From Enoplolaimus lenunculus (taxonomy: Eukaryota), in contig JASANG010000295.1 in the NCBI GenBank assembly GCA_030248215.1, positions 1 through 64,000 of the forward strand: DNA of 64,000 nucleotides, in the 5' to 3' direction. Made by a program: the position numbers and the translations under genes. How positions within the stretch are numbered: the stretch's first letter is position 1; every line of letters begins with the position of its first letter. Below the pieces are notes generated by a model that worked only from the letters and a program-made list of their open reading frames with translations, ran no database searches and was not told the origin of the DNA. This document shows, piece after piece, positions 51,373 through 64,000 of the stretch.

Positions 51373-51916
51373 CATGCTTTTAGTTTCCGGCATTTTGGTA
51401 CGCAAAAGAACAACTGACGACGTGTCTAGTGATTGCTTATTTGCGGGTCAGGGCCCATTGAACAAAGAGAACCGAGAAACGTCCTAATGCTCTACGCATA
51501 GTTAGTTTTGGTGTTTAGTTTTTTGTTTTTAGACCGTTTTTAAAGCCTTCGTGTAGACACGGTATTCTAAACGTTTGTTTATGTCACTGTTTGACGTTTT
51601 CTGGCTGTTAATGCGGTCAGCTTTTGACGATGCCAAACAGGAAGTAGTGAATTTGGTACTGTTGTGCTAGTGTGTACCGGGGTCTTCTTAACCATGCCGC
51701 TCGTGCAGATATTTAAATTTAAGCCTTTTTTACCGCAGCGCAATGTATATATGTGAGATAACACGCACAGTGCTTAGAACAGTTATGCAAAGTTCAGATG
51801 AATTGGCTGTACACCACGCCATATCCGAAGCGACGTATTCGGCTTCAGTAATACCGTCCGTAAACACAGCAACCATTACCCACAGAATCACTCATTCACC
51901 GTAGCAGGAAGCTTCA

Positions 51917-52084
51917 TCTATATATTAAAGCTGGAGCACTCTACATACGTATTTTGGGCAACTTTCCAGTATTACTTTGTTTACAACATTTTGTTAAACC
52001 TGATTGTTCTATAAACAGAAAATTTGCAAGGAAATTTTTATGCTTTTGCTAACCTTTGCGCATTGCGCAAATCTGTCAGACTAG
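51917..52084 (+). mobile_element. Non-autonomous Helitron, 168 bp
   Basis: A|TCTATATATTAAAG..ACATACGTATTTTGG start shared with the 40558 family, hairpin TTTGCGCA-T-TGCGCAAA and CTAG|T end. Confidence 0.75.
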
Positions 52085-55000
52085 TTAGTTTGAAAGCAAA
52101 ATTCTCTTCGCAAAATTTATTTGAAAGCATGAACAACGGGAGCAAAGTTTTCAAATTTACATCGTCGAAATGATTTTGTAGTTGTGTTTCTAAAAACAGG
52201 GATACATCCAATATTTGTATTAGAAACTGAAAACTGTTCCAGTTGCGCAAGGCTTTTTGGTAAGCAACATAAAGCAAAGATTAAGGACATCGTTTCAACA
52301 TAGATGGCATGTATTCACATGCTGCAAGCGCACACAGTATCTTCCAGTTATGTTGTAGTGCCAATTGGGCGGGTTATGGGGGCGCTAAAAACGGCACTGT
52401 ATTTAGCACAGAATTAAAAGAGGTGAAGAAACGTTCTATCAGAGGCCTTTGAAACGTCCTCCGAACACGACACTTGCAGAAAAATCTTAGGTAAAGACAT
52501 AGAGTGGACGATGTTTGTAAACACAATATATATGCGAGAGTTTATCTCATTCGCGAGCTGAACAAAGTTATTACTCGCATTTACAAGATTTAAACCACGT
52601 ATACTGATGCATTGACCACCAAAGTTCTGCGCCGTATGTGTTTAATTTGTTTCTAGCATTTCAGTTTTAAAAACATTTTGAACTGTATTTTTCATTTTCC
52701 CAGTGCGGGTCTCTATATCGGCTCAATGAGGTAGTGAGATCCATACATACATATATACGCACCGTAAAGCATTTATACCTACGGACACGGTTTTTAACGC
52801 CCATGGCGCAATTTTCCTCTTGTTCGCGCAAAATAAACTTGTGCTGCCCCGGCTTTTATTTGGTTCAACAAGTTGTCGGTATATATAGCGAGCGCAATGT
52901 TGTGCATGTTTGACACATCGGTTTTTTACTTTAATCAGGAAACGGGTTTTATTTAAAATATGTGTGTATTGAGAGGTATTTTCGTGGGAAGATTTCAACT
53001 AGAATGCTTAACCGTGTTGGTTCTTTAGGATTTGCAGCTCTTACTTGCGTTGCGTTCGTATTAAATACTATGAACAAGCAAAGCTTCGTAGGTAAAAACT
53101 AAAGGGCAAAGGACCGTCGCTGTAAAATAGAAACATTGTCTTTGAGCTTTATAGCTTTATTGTTAATCGTATTAAACTTCATCATACTTGAGTATGCAAC
53201 GAAGGATTTAAAATGCAAAGTGTGTTTATACGCTTCATACACATATGTACTTACAGTATTAGTTTTTCATAGACGCGTCGAGAGCCCCTCCGGATTACAT
53301 GTAACTCTCCATAGGGCTAAATAATCGCCACCAGGGTGCAACCGAAGGTGTGCCTCTGGCTGCGCCTCGGTAAAAAATCGACCTCTGGCTCCGATGCTTT
53401 CACCTGCGGTTGCAACCTGCTTTCCACACGAAAGTTTGAATACGACATCTAGCTTGAAATTTAGATCTTTAGATGAAACAGAATACCATTGAATTTGAAA
53501 GTTTGAATATCTAAATAAACGTAGTTGGGTTGCAGGGACACGAGTTCAGTCGACCTTTTAATATTCCAGTTGAGTTTGGACGTCAGTCAAAAGAGATTTC
53601 AATTTACGGTGTCGAAATTTATGATTAATTGGAAACCACTGGATGTGCAAGCTGTTCCATTTTAAACCTACCACTAGTCGCTCAATTTTAGCACAGCGTT
53701 CCGCCCTATTGATTATTTTGGAAAATGAAATGCCGGCTGACAAGTGAAAACATCCTACTATTAGTCAAAGCTACAAGACTTACGTATAACAATATCTTAA
53801 GTTGGAATTACACCTTGTTATGTTTCTGCCACCCAGCCATTTTCGGTTTATTTTTCTAAAATCCATATCACAAGAAGTCTGGCTTCATTTTTTGTTTTGT
53901 GGCTCACAAATATTGCTGTGTAAACCTACCGTACCAAGCATTGTTATTTTTACAGAATTTGCGTCAGGTGTTTAATACTGAAGTTGCCGAATTTTTTGGA
54001 TGTTATATCCATAAAGACATTGTTTATGTCAATTGCAAGAGTTAATATAACTCGGCTTTCAACGTGTCATAAGTTTGCCTTATAGGTTGTAAATTTTATA
54101 AACCATTTGAATGATCAATAGCAGGGTACAGACGCTTGCGTGTGTGTGGTTCAAATCGTTACACTGAAGATACTTAGCTAGTGCATCATATAAGTTTGTA
54201 TTTTTTATAAAAAATCTAGGAAAGTGGTTGAATTGTGTAGTGTAATGGGATGGAATTACAATTTACCGGAACGAACATTATAGCCATGCATCATGGTTCT
54301 TCCATGTTTTTTGCTGCTGACGCATATGAAGACACAACATATGCATTAGTGTTTCAACCGATGTCCAGCATCAGAACGAGGTTTATTTTGCCTCCATGCA
54401 TGCGCATGATACATCCACCGTCTTTTCTATAAGATCATACCGTGACTGCCAACCTACCTTGTTTTGTTCTAGCGCGGAAATTTGCCATTGCAGCCTCGTC
54501 ATGGCCACCTTTCGATAATTTGGGTCGGCTTGGGTACGACAGTTTTTAGTTCTGAGTTCTTGCAGCTGACAATGAGAGACATTCTTACTAGCTTTTCATA
54601 CCATGACCCATGGCCGACAGATTCTCTGCCCAGCACGCTACCATTGAGTTACGCCGCTTCAACATCAACTGCTGAGTTCTGTTTTTGTGCCTAATAAGAA
54701 CCACAACGTTATACACATGAATCTTGGTTCTTCCGTGTTTTTGGCTGCTGATGCCTCCATGCATTTATGTGTCACAATCAAAAATAGGGAAATTAATTTT
54801 GAACTAAAACAATGTATTTTGACCAACCTAAACTTTTTATTTGCGCAATTTAAATCACTTAGGATAAGCGTAATTCATGGAAATGACTATAATTCGTAAT
54901 AAAAACAATTCTGTTTTAGGAGATAAAATGCCGGCTCCGCAGTGTTTAGGCGTAATTGCTATTTAAGAAAGGGCCGATACTCCGCCTAAGCCTTAAATAC

Positions 55001-55959
55001 TGCTAGGTACAACTTGCCCTAAAATTATACTAATTCAACTGAATTGAACTGCTCATGCGAGCCAGCTGTTCCTAATATATTAAAAAATACTTACCAATTA
55101 TCAGGAATAAATATCCAATCGGGAAGTAAATTAACTGAGGGAAAATCCTGGAATATCTGGTCGAACCGGGAAACATACACGCTTGGAAATCTATACTTAA
55201 ACCGGAAGAAAAAACACAGAAGAAACGCAACTAACTGGAAAATTCTTAACTTAGAACTTAATCTGGTTATTTTAAGATTATTTATAATAATTTGTACAAT
55301 AATTTTGAGAAGTATTGCTTTTTAACGTTGTGCACGCGCGACGCCGACACAACAACAACATCAACAACATGAAAGAACACAAAACGCATTAACCATTAAC
55401 ATAACATCCTGACAACCACGTAAAAACCTTAGCTGGGTAAAGTTTTAAGTGAAAGTTTGTTTTTATGAATTTTTAGTAATTTTATACGGCACTACTCCAA
55501 GCCGCACACAAATTGAAGCCAGCGGCATCACAGTTAAGCAAGGGGCGGTAAGTAAGCGAATTATGAGCCTGGGCGCTCTGAGAAAAAGAAAACGCTGAGG
55601 GAAGGTGATTTAAAAATATAAAAAGTAAAATCCGTAATTCCAAGGTCAGACACCACCTACACCAGTGTTTTTTGGTGATAACTCCGAATCATCTATAACA
55701 TCCATGAAATCTCTTTGTCGTCTTTCAAGAACGCATTTTCACATGCTGGTTGCCTGATTTTTTATATCTGTGCGGCTGTTTTTTATCCTTGATACGTGTT
55801 CAATCGCGCTTCGCCAACCGCGCGGACGGTTATAAGAATTTACTACAAAACGCGAAACTGAAACTACAAATTTTGTTACTCCATTATAATTTGTATCAAC
55901 AACTATAGTATTGATATAGGGGTGCCTACTGGCTGACCACAATTGTCAAAAACGTCACA

Positions 55960-56140
55960 TTAACGAATTGGCAATCGTTTTTTGTTCAGTAAAGTTAATT
56001 TACAATAAATTATTGATAAATTAACTTCCGAAAACAATTTAATAGATAAATGATGCAGAATTTTTATGCAACATATAACAATAAGTTATCCTAAAATCAA
56101 TATGTCAAAATTCTGATGCCGATTGATTGTGCAATCGGGC
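55960..56140 (-). mobile_element. Internal fragment of MITE family B
   Basis: Colinear with about 12345-12520. Confidence 0.6.
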
Positions 56141-56843
56141 CGGTTGCACCATTTTTGGGTGCAACCGAATATCCTGCCACGGCAAAAAATCGACATCCGG
56201 CTTCGGTATTCTACATTGCCGGATTTTGGTTGCTGAAAAGTATGACATTACTCAATATTATACTAAGTTAGCGTGATTAAGTTTAGCTTTTGTTGAAATA
56301 TGCATTTAAATATCCGGCTCCAGGTCGATGGTTCGAAACTGAAATGCCAGGCTGGGGTTTTTATTAATTTAGTTGCTTACATATTAAGATTTTACAGCGT
56401 TTGTAACAACTAGCGGTTGCACGAACTAAATATACACCGCATTAATCGCTTAATTTTAATGCTATGTAGTATAGTATAATTGTAATTTGTTTGTACAGCG
56501 GTCGTATTACCAATTTTAAATTACGGTTACTGCTAGTATGTTTAGGAATAATTCTACAAATAGGCCATGTGAAAATCGAAACTACGAGAAATTGTTTTAA
56601 ACATTGGTTCAAAAACTGAAAACAATTTTGTTATTTGTTTTATTGTATGTTATTTTTGCAGATTGATATGCCGTATTTATTTATATGCCTGTATACCCGT
56701 TATGTAACAGTATTCAAGGTAATATACAATTTTACCCAAACTTTCCATTAGCATTGTTATGCCAACGAAATAATATTCATATTTTATTTGATGTATTGTC
56801 GATCATTTGATTTGTCAATCATTGGTTTCGGACGTGATCTGCA

Positions 56844-59800
56844 ATGGTGTCAGAATGGCGAACGTCAGTTGATAAAAGGTGAATGTCCTAAATTAATTAA
56901 TTTTATATATTTGTCTGCTAAGCGCACTGATATATCACAAACTTTATAACAGACTTCGTTGCTCGTTTGTATAACGCACAATTTTTGATTTCCACTTCAC
57001 TGACAGGCAGGTTGGAGGTTAGTGTAGAAAATATCGATAAGTGAATTCACAGATGCCTTAAATTCAAAGTTGAAAACGATCGCGTAGGTATGTACGTATA
57101 TATACGAACATGTAATAATAATAGTAGTTTACGGTAAGCTGAAAAGCATTACGTTGGTTGACAGCAAAGACTTGGATCAACAGCTGGTAAAAATTAAAGT
57201 GTTAGCATTAGTTTTTGCTGTCAAATCTAATGGAAGAGCTTTCATCGTCATAGCGGACAGCGGTAATCACGACTTCGTGGGCGGGTCTTATTTTTTGTTC
57301 CATACAACAAAGACATATAATTTGGCTTCCCCCTTTCATTTTTGGGGGACTTTTCCCCAGGCTGAACCTAGACGGAAACCTTGAGGCAAAACATGTGGGC
57401 AATGTCTCTAGGTTCAACATGGGGGCAAATTTAACTGTTCTGCTGTAGATTTAAACCAGGTTTCAGTTGCTTTGCGGCAGGGATGGGAGTCTCGGTCTCG
57501 GCAAGTCTCGGTATTTGGCAGGTCACGTTCACGGTTTTTTGACTCGGTTGTTTTTAAACGAGACCAGAAGTCTAGAGTCTATTATTGAGCAAATGTATCG
57601 CTATTTTGTTGGAGTAACTGATGCTGGATGAAACATATTTTGCTGTGAACGTATGAATTTTCATAGTTACGCAATAATTATGAGTAGATGTTCTGAAAAA
57701 CACAAAAACTATGAAACCACAAAAAATACGAAAACCCGGTTAGAAATAATTTATTTTGAAAATTTTAGTTCATTTAAGTGATGACCAAAAATTGACCGAA
57801 CCCCGAGACATTTCATGCTTGTCTCGGTAGTCTTGTCTCGGTCTCAATGTCGGTATCGGTTTTTAATCGTGACCGCCCATCTCTGCTTTGCGGCAGTATG
57901 ACTAGCTACGGCACTACAATTTTGTTGCCCACACTCTGAAACAAGTCTGGGTCATCAACCAGGGTGGCACCGCATCCGTGATTGGACCGAACTCGAAACC
58001 ATTGCGAATTTGCCGAAATTGAATCGGAACTTTGCATTTAGCAAGTTTCTGCTGGATTGGTAATTTGTTTCCAAATACCAATGCTATGACAAAACGTAGT
58101 AAAATTGAACATTGCGTTTCGATCTAAAACGAATGATATTTATTCCAGCAAATCTACGTTTTTCACAAACGCAATTATATCGTGCTCGACCTCAGTTCTG
58201 AGATTTGTGTCCTAAAACAAAAAATATAGATTTTTGCTAGAAGATATTTAAAATTTTTATTCTGCAAAAGCACAATTATATAAAGACCGTTTCAGGGCAT
58301 ACAGCATTCGAAACTCCTGGGGGGCCCCCAGGAAACGCCCCCCGGCGGAAATTTTCAAGCTGTGGAGAAGCCAGAACAATGTAGACATACATTTCCATAC
58401 ATTGTCTGATTCGACGTTTGGATTCGACTTTTTCACAACCCAATTCGAATCCAAACTTCAAATTTTTGTCGAATCCGAACTTTTGTTGCCACACTGGCAT
58501 CAACCAGGAGAAGACCAAAAATGGGGGAGGAATAGGAATACCCATGCATTTATCGAAGGTATATATCATTAATATCTTGAGGATACCGCGACGTGTTTTC
58601 AAATTTCATATAACTACTAAAAATTTTGCTCTATAAGTCAATATACTCTTTTGAAGATTTATAATGCTAAAATGTTTTTGATAATATTGTGTGTCTTATT
58701 TTAGGATTGATGCTCGATCAAAAGCTGACGTTTGTGCTATATTTGGAAAACTAAAAGCGATTGATGTGTTTCGGGACCGTGCATCTGATCCTATCCTCAG
58801 ACAGCTAGCCGCTTTTGGACATTTTGAAGATCTTGAATCAGGAATTATCGGTTAGCCAGTGTATATTCCTGTTTAGGTTTTCGTACAAACAAATGAATTC
58901 GCAGAAGTACTGACGTATCAATTAATATGATTTTATTTCTTAACTGCGCAAAAAGTACTGGCTGTGCTGTGGATATTTAAGCGGAAGTCTGGCATAGGGA
59001 CCTAATACGATTGTTAATATCAACAATTATTTTTCGGTTAACATAACGATGGAAATTGGTGGTTTTTCTTTCTATTTTCCGGTGTGTGTAAACATTGTTT
59101 CAGTATTTCGACAAGGCTATGTTGGTGAAAGTTGGTACGCCATTGTATCCGGGTCTGTTGATGTTTTGCTTAGAACTGATAGCACTAATGTAAGTTTTGA
59201 AATTATATTTGGTGAGTAATTACGTACGTTAACAATTCCAGTGTTGATTGAATACTGCTGTCTTTAGCAGGGTAGCCATAACTTTAATACTTTTTTAATG
59301 AATTATTTTTGACAAGGAAGTTTAATACTACATATTCCACTCTGTGAAAGAATTTGAAAACATAAAAATTAGACACCATTATTGAATTCTTCGCCAATAC
59401 ACTTAATTATTTGATAACTGTTCTAGCGTGAACAACGATTGGGAACTCTTGGGCCTGGGGTGGCTTTTGGAGATGAAATTCTGGAAAGCATACCGCATCC
59501 AGCGACACTGGTTACGGCGGAAGAAACCAAATTGGTTTGCCTTCGGAAGCACGATTTCTCACGACTTTTCCGAGTAAGAATTTTTCATACTTAACCATGT
59601 AAATATATTTTTGAACCTTTCAACACGTTCTTCAACTTACTAACCTGCATAAATAATTATATTACTGCTGGACTTTTCAAAAAAACTAGCCAAAAATGGC
59701 ATACAATATTTTTAATCTAACAGTTTATGAACAAAATTGAACTAATTTCGAAAACAATCATTTGTAAATAATATATTTTGCGAAGACAAACTTTCTAATA

Positions 59801-62800
59801 TTTTCATGATTCTCAGTAATTTAAAAATTCCGGTTCCTGCAAATTTGAATGCAAGAACAGGAATTGAATTTTTGCAGGAATTCTGGCCAGAACAGGAATT
59901 TCGGTGGAACACTGATATATGATAATTTCTTGATTGTAGAGACATGGCTGGCTTAAATCTGTATTAACTTACGCAACTGAATTTTTGCTTAATTACGTTT
60001 TATATATTTTAGTAGCTTTAAATTAAGTCAAAAGATTTTCATGTATCTCCTACACTCAACATTGTAAAAGCATAATTATCTCGCCTGATAGCGGTAAGGA
60101 TATCACGATTTTCGGTCTGTAAACGTATTATTTTACCTAAGGTCGAATTCCAGTTACATGGAAGGTCGAATTAAATTATGTCTGCAGCCCACTCATTATT
60201 ATGCACGTATTTGATCTGCAAGAATATAAGCTTTAATATGTACCAATGTGCTGCGTTAAAATCCGTTCGCTATTATTTACCAAGTTTTATATACGTTGAA
60301 TTGTAATGTTAGGTGAATTGTGGAAAACTAAATACATATTCGCATTCCTGTCTGGCTTTTCGATCGACGTAATTTACAAACCATAAACGACAAAATGTGT
60401 ATTTTACTATTTGATATTAGTCACAAAATATGAGTATATAGAAAGCCAGTACATATACTTATATATATGTAACGGCGTTCTGGTGTTGGAATTGGGATTA
60501 AACTCTAAAAGATTCGAAGGAGTTTCTTGTGTTACCTCTGAAAAAATTCCTGAATATCAAAGCAGAAGTCATGAATGAGGGTTTGACCACTAAACCCCAC
60601 CTCATCGGCTGCACCTTTGCTTTTATATGATGCGCCGACAGCTCAGTTTCGATTATACGTTTTGAATGTTTTTTATAATCTACTGAATGTGTTTTGGAAG
60701 CATACGCAGAAAACAGTTGGCCTAGCACAATGGTTTTGCAGAATTGTACTTACATATTTTGTATATAGATGTCGCGCTGTGACGGTGTACGTGTACGTAA
60801 TGTATATTTCTGGCATACTTTCAGTTTTCCAAGCGTGTTTTAGGATAAGTTCTGTCGTTTTAGTAAGCTTTGTTATCAGTCAAGTGCAAGGGGACGTAAA
60901 TATGTTTTGTTTTCGAAATTAAAGAACTGAGTTACTTTGTATCGCATCTATCGCACTCTGTAAGAAGAACCTGATTATGGTACTTTTTTTGAAATTTTAG
61001 ATACAAAAAACATTTAAGTTGTCGTGTTAATGATGTCGACGAATTATTTATAAATTTATTTTTTTAAATCTAAACGATTTGATTTAGCTGTTTCCTCAAG
61101 AGATCGAAATGTTATCTGGACCACTGCGCGATATGTTGCAAAGACACAATGTGGCAATAGGCGAGTTCCAGTTAGATATTTTTGAATGCCTGACTATTAC
61201 TTGGTATTCTTATTGTCACGTAAACTGTGTAGACTTATTTAATTGCACATTCTGCCACTATAACAAATAATGCATCATCGTGTGAAGTAAGTAACAGCAA
61301 TTTTAAACGAGCATGGGCGTAGCCAGGTGGAGGGGCTCAAACCCATTCTTTGCCATTTTTGTAAATCGGGTTTTAGCTATTTGTACGAAAGTTTTATTGA
61401 ACGTAACCTCTCTCCAAAATCCTGGCTACTTCTATGTACACAAGTGAACTATTTATTTTATATAGGTTCACAGTGCGAAGCTGGTTTGAGTAAATCGCAA
61501 AAAGCTGACAATTCCCGCAGCAAGCATTTGACTGAGCTTATTGGTTCTGATGAAGCAAACGACTCTGGTTTGGAATCGTTGCCTCAATCGGTTAAACCAG
61601 ACCAAACAGCGTCTGTTGATAATCGGATACGCCATAAGCAAAAGGGGTAAGTAAATATTAATAACCCGTTGTCTGTGTTTGTTATAAAGTTGCGAGTTCA
61701 ATGATAATGCTCAATTTACCTGATCCACAAACGCAATGCTATTAGAGGAGCACTACACTTGTATACAAACGTTAACGTTATGGTGTTCTTAGCTCAGTTC
61801 GGCAAAAAAGGCAAGTATTCCACGTCCCTTTCGTTCGCACTTACAAGGCATTGAAAGCTGTCACAATATTTACGTCGATGTTTCGTTGCAAGACTTGGTA
61901 CATTGCCAGTTATTGGAATATAGTCAAAGATAAATATGAATAAAGAATTAAGTATGAATAAAAAATTAATTTGTTTCTCTTTTTCAGAGGAACAGTTCGA
62001 TTCGAGGATCAACAGGTGGTACTTGGTCACAATGGCAAAAGTGTTGGTATGTCTAAGTTGGTTACGCATCAGCAACATTCTGGTTTTGGTGAAAACAGCA
62101 CAACAAAGTTTTGTGCTGCGGAATATCGTGCCAACATGGCGGAAGCGCATGGGAATTTTACTCACACTAGCAGCCACTCGCAGCAACAGCATTGCCAGAA
62201 AGGTACGACTTTTTCGTTCTTATGGTGGCGCTATACTTGTCGCGCGGTGCCGACCGTTGACGGGCTGCACTCACGCACTACCGTATGGTGAAACGGTGAA
62301 CAGTGGTGGACGGCACCGGACGCCGTTAAAAATATAGCAGCACCGGACGTCGTCAAAAATATAGCGGCACCTAAGTCTCGTTTTTGGAATTATACTTCGG
62401 TATCCTCAACGTTTCTGTCCTCCACCATTCTGTTGTTGCGTCCCACAGCCCTACTGATACAGTGAAAATCATATGTTGTACAGTATTTCTTATTTAAATG
62501 TAGCAGGGAAATGTATTTCAAGTTTTAATAGCAACGTCTTTGCACGACCGAAGACGATTTATTTAGACGTTACATTGAAATTTATTTTACGGTGTTATTA
62601 TATGCTTTAATTCCAGAAAATTCTCAGGCGGCCATGCATTGTCGTAGCGGCGACGACGACGATTTTTTATTATCTTACACCGAGCCACCTGTCGGGGAAA
62701 TTTGTGAAACTGCCATTATTGCAATCCCAGATGACGAAGATTTTTGCCAAACAGTCGACGCAACCAGTCATCATACGTCTGTTAAGCAACCCGGTTGCTG

Positions 62801-64000
62801 TTCCGTTGATAAGTCAAATTGCTCCCAAGTTCCACCTGGCCATTGTGATAATTTATCAGCTATTCATGAGTCGAAATTCGACACTTCAAGACGAAGTGGA
62901 AGACCAACCGTGAATTATCGTGATCGAAATTATGGTGACTACCGTGAAAGATGGTCTCCGCCTGTAGTAAAGCGAATACCGAAAGCATGCGAAGACAGCA
63001 CCACTAATCGTGAGCAGTATAGTCGGACCACAACAGACTATTATCGCAGTTCAAGAATGTCCAGGTTTCAAAGTAGCGAAGAACAACAGCAAGAATATTT
63101 TCAGCAGCGACAGCAACCTGACACAACGCAGTGTGACGTGATTTATGACGAACCGGCGAGCGAAACCGAATACGCCGACGATGCCAATGTTGATTTTGGG
63201 CGAAAAGATGGTAATTTATCAGCAGCATTTGGCAGCTCGAATTTAATGTCACAGTCAAACAGTTCAGGGTTAGGCGCCCGAAATCGTGGATTACGCCGAC
63301 CTACTCGTGGCCGTCATAGACGCCTACGACGCATTCCGCCAGAACTAATACCAGCAGAACGTGGAGGAGACGCCAGTGTCTCAGAACGATGGTTTCGGTT
63401 GCCCGGAATGCATTCAGCGCATCATATTATGAACATAGCGCCGCCGCCTACGATGCCTAGCGCTGCATTGATGCCAGCCCGACCACCAGCATTAGGACAA
63501 ATAATGGCCGAGCATCCCGGCTTTCGCTATTCAGATCCGGTGATCTATCACCCAACTGGTGGCACTGGAACCGCGTTTGGTAATTCTGGTGGTCGTTTGT
63601 TGATGAGATCTGGATTTAATCCGTTTGGTGAGCAGGGACAAGCGTACTCCGTAGATACGCAAATTACCGGCAGTGCCCCGGAAGGGTCATCAGCAGTAGC
63701 CGCGCAGCTTGGACATCGCCGAGCTGTATCTGCGCGACCATTTCCTTTACAAGCACATGCTGGGTCAGTTCATGACGATAATCGGCGAGATTTCTGTTTA
63801 CCAAGTATTCTTTCCGGCGGCACCATCGGGCACGGCGGCCATTTTAATCATCTCACTGTTGGTCTTCCTGGACATTTGGGCGGGCCTACGCAGCCTGTTT
63901 TAGTGTCCGGTGAGGGGTCGCAGTATATGACAGATGCAGTTAACCGTGGGATTTTTAATGACCCAAGGCAGTCTGTGCGTCCTGGTTATGGTGAATTTCC
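56844..64000 (+). CDS. RAPGEF4: Epac / Rap guanine nucleotide exchange factor 4-like, 5' part (runs off the window)
   Basis: Exons 56844-56878, 58705-58850, 59104-59189, 59427-59573, 61088-61160, 61466-61646, 61988-62202 and 62617->64000 are in frame. MVSEWRTSVDKR..RSKADVCAIFGKLK..FEDLESGIIVFRQGYVGESWYAIVSGSVDV..TLGPGVAFGDEILESIPHPATLVT matches the N-terminal cNMP-binding domain of Epac2 as I recall it. DEP, REM and CDC25 domains are not within the window. Confidence 0.82.
57478..57885. mobile_element. hAT-like MITE family D with perfect 8-bp TSD
   Basis: CTTTGCGG|CAGGGATGGG...CCCATCTCTG|CTTTGCGG. Confidence 0.88.
58258..58373 (-). mobile_element. Internally deleted derivative of the 14500-15280 element
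   Basis: Joins the left terminus (14500-14550) directly to the internal segment at about 14918-14962. Confidence 0.75.

Noticed and set aside
50955..51413. Poly-Val (plus) and poly-Asn (minus) ORFs
   Set aside because: Alternative frames of the trinucleotide tract; biologically implausible compared with the Thr frame or a non-coding repeat.

Overview
AT-rich, intron-containing animal genomic DNA. A nematode is inferred from TTTCAG-type acceptors and degenerate TTAGGC hexamer arrays; this is not proven. Three spliced genes can be reconstructed by hand: TMEM59-like (minus, 9915-16523, 9 exons, about 435 aa), an alpha-arrestin (plus, 35677-42081, 8 exons, about 736 aa) and the 5' part of an Epac/RAPGEF4-like gene (plus, 56844 to beyond the window end). 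There is also a candidate 64-aa two-exon gene at the left edge and several exon-like, apparently decayed loci. Introns and intergenic DNA are dense in short non-autonomous DNA transposons: a TA-flanked MITE family, hAT-type MITEs with 8-bp TSDs, mini-Helitrons and foldbacks. No prokaryotic system or CRISPR array is visible, and I cannot support a claim of a new biological system. The most notable observations are a transposon that duplicated a splice donor, inverted MITEs around an exon, a nested duplication with reciprocal empty sites, two GC-AG introns, a recursive-splice-like exon and a very long insertion in Epac. All identifications come from reading the sequence and recalled family motifs; no searches were run.
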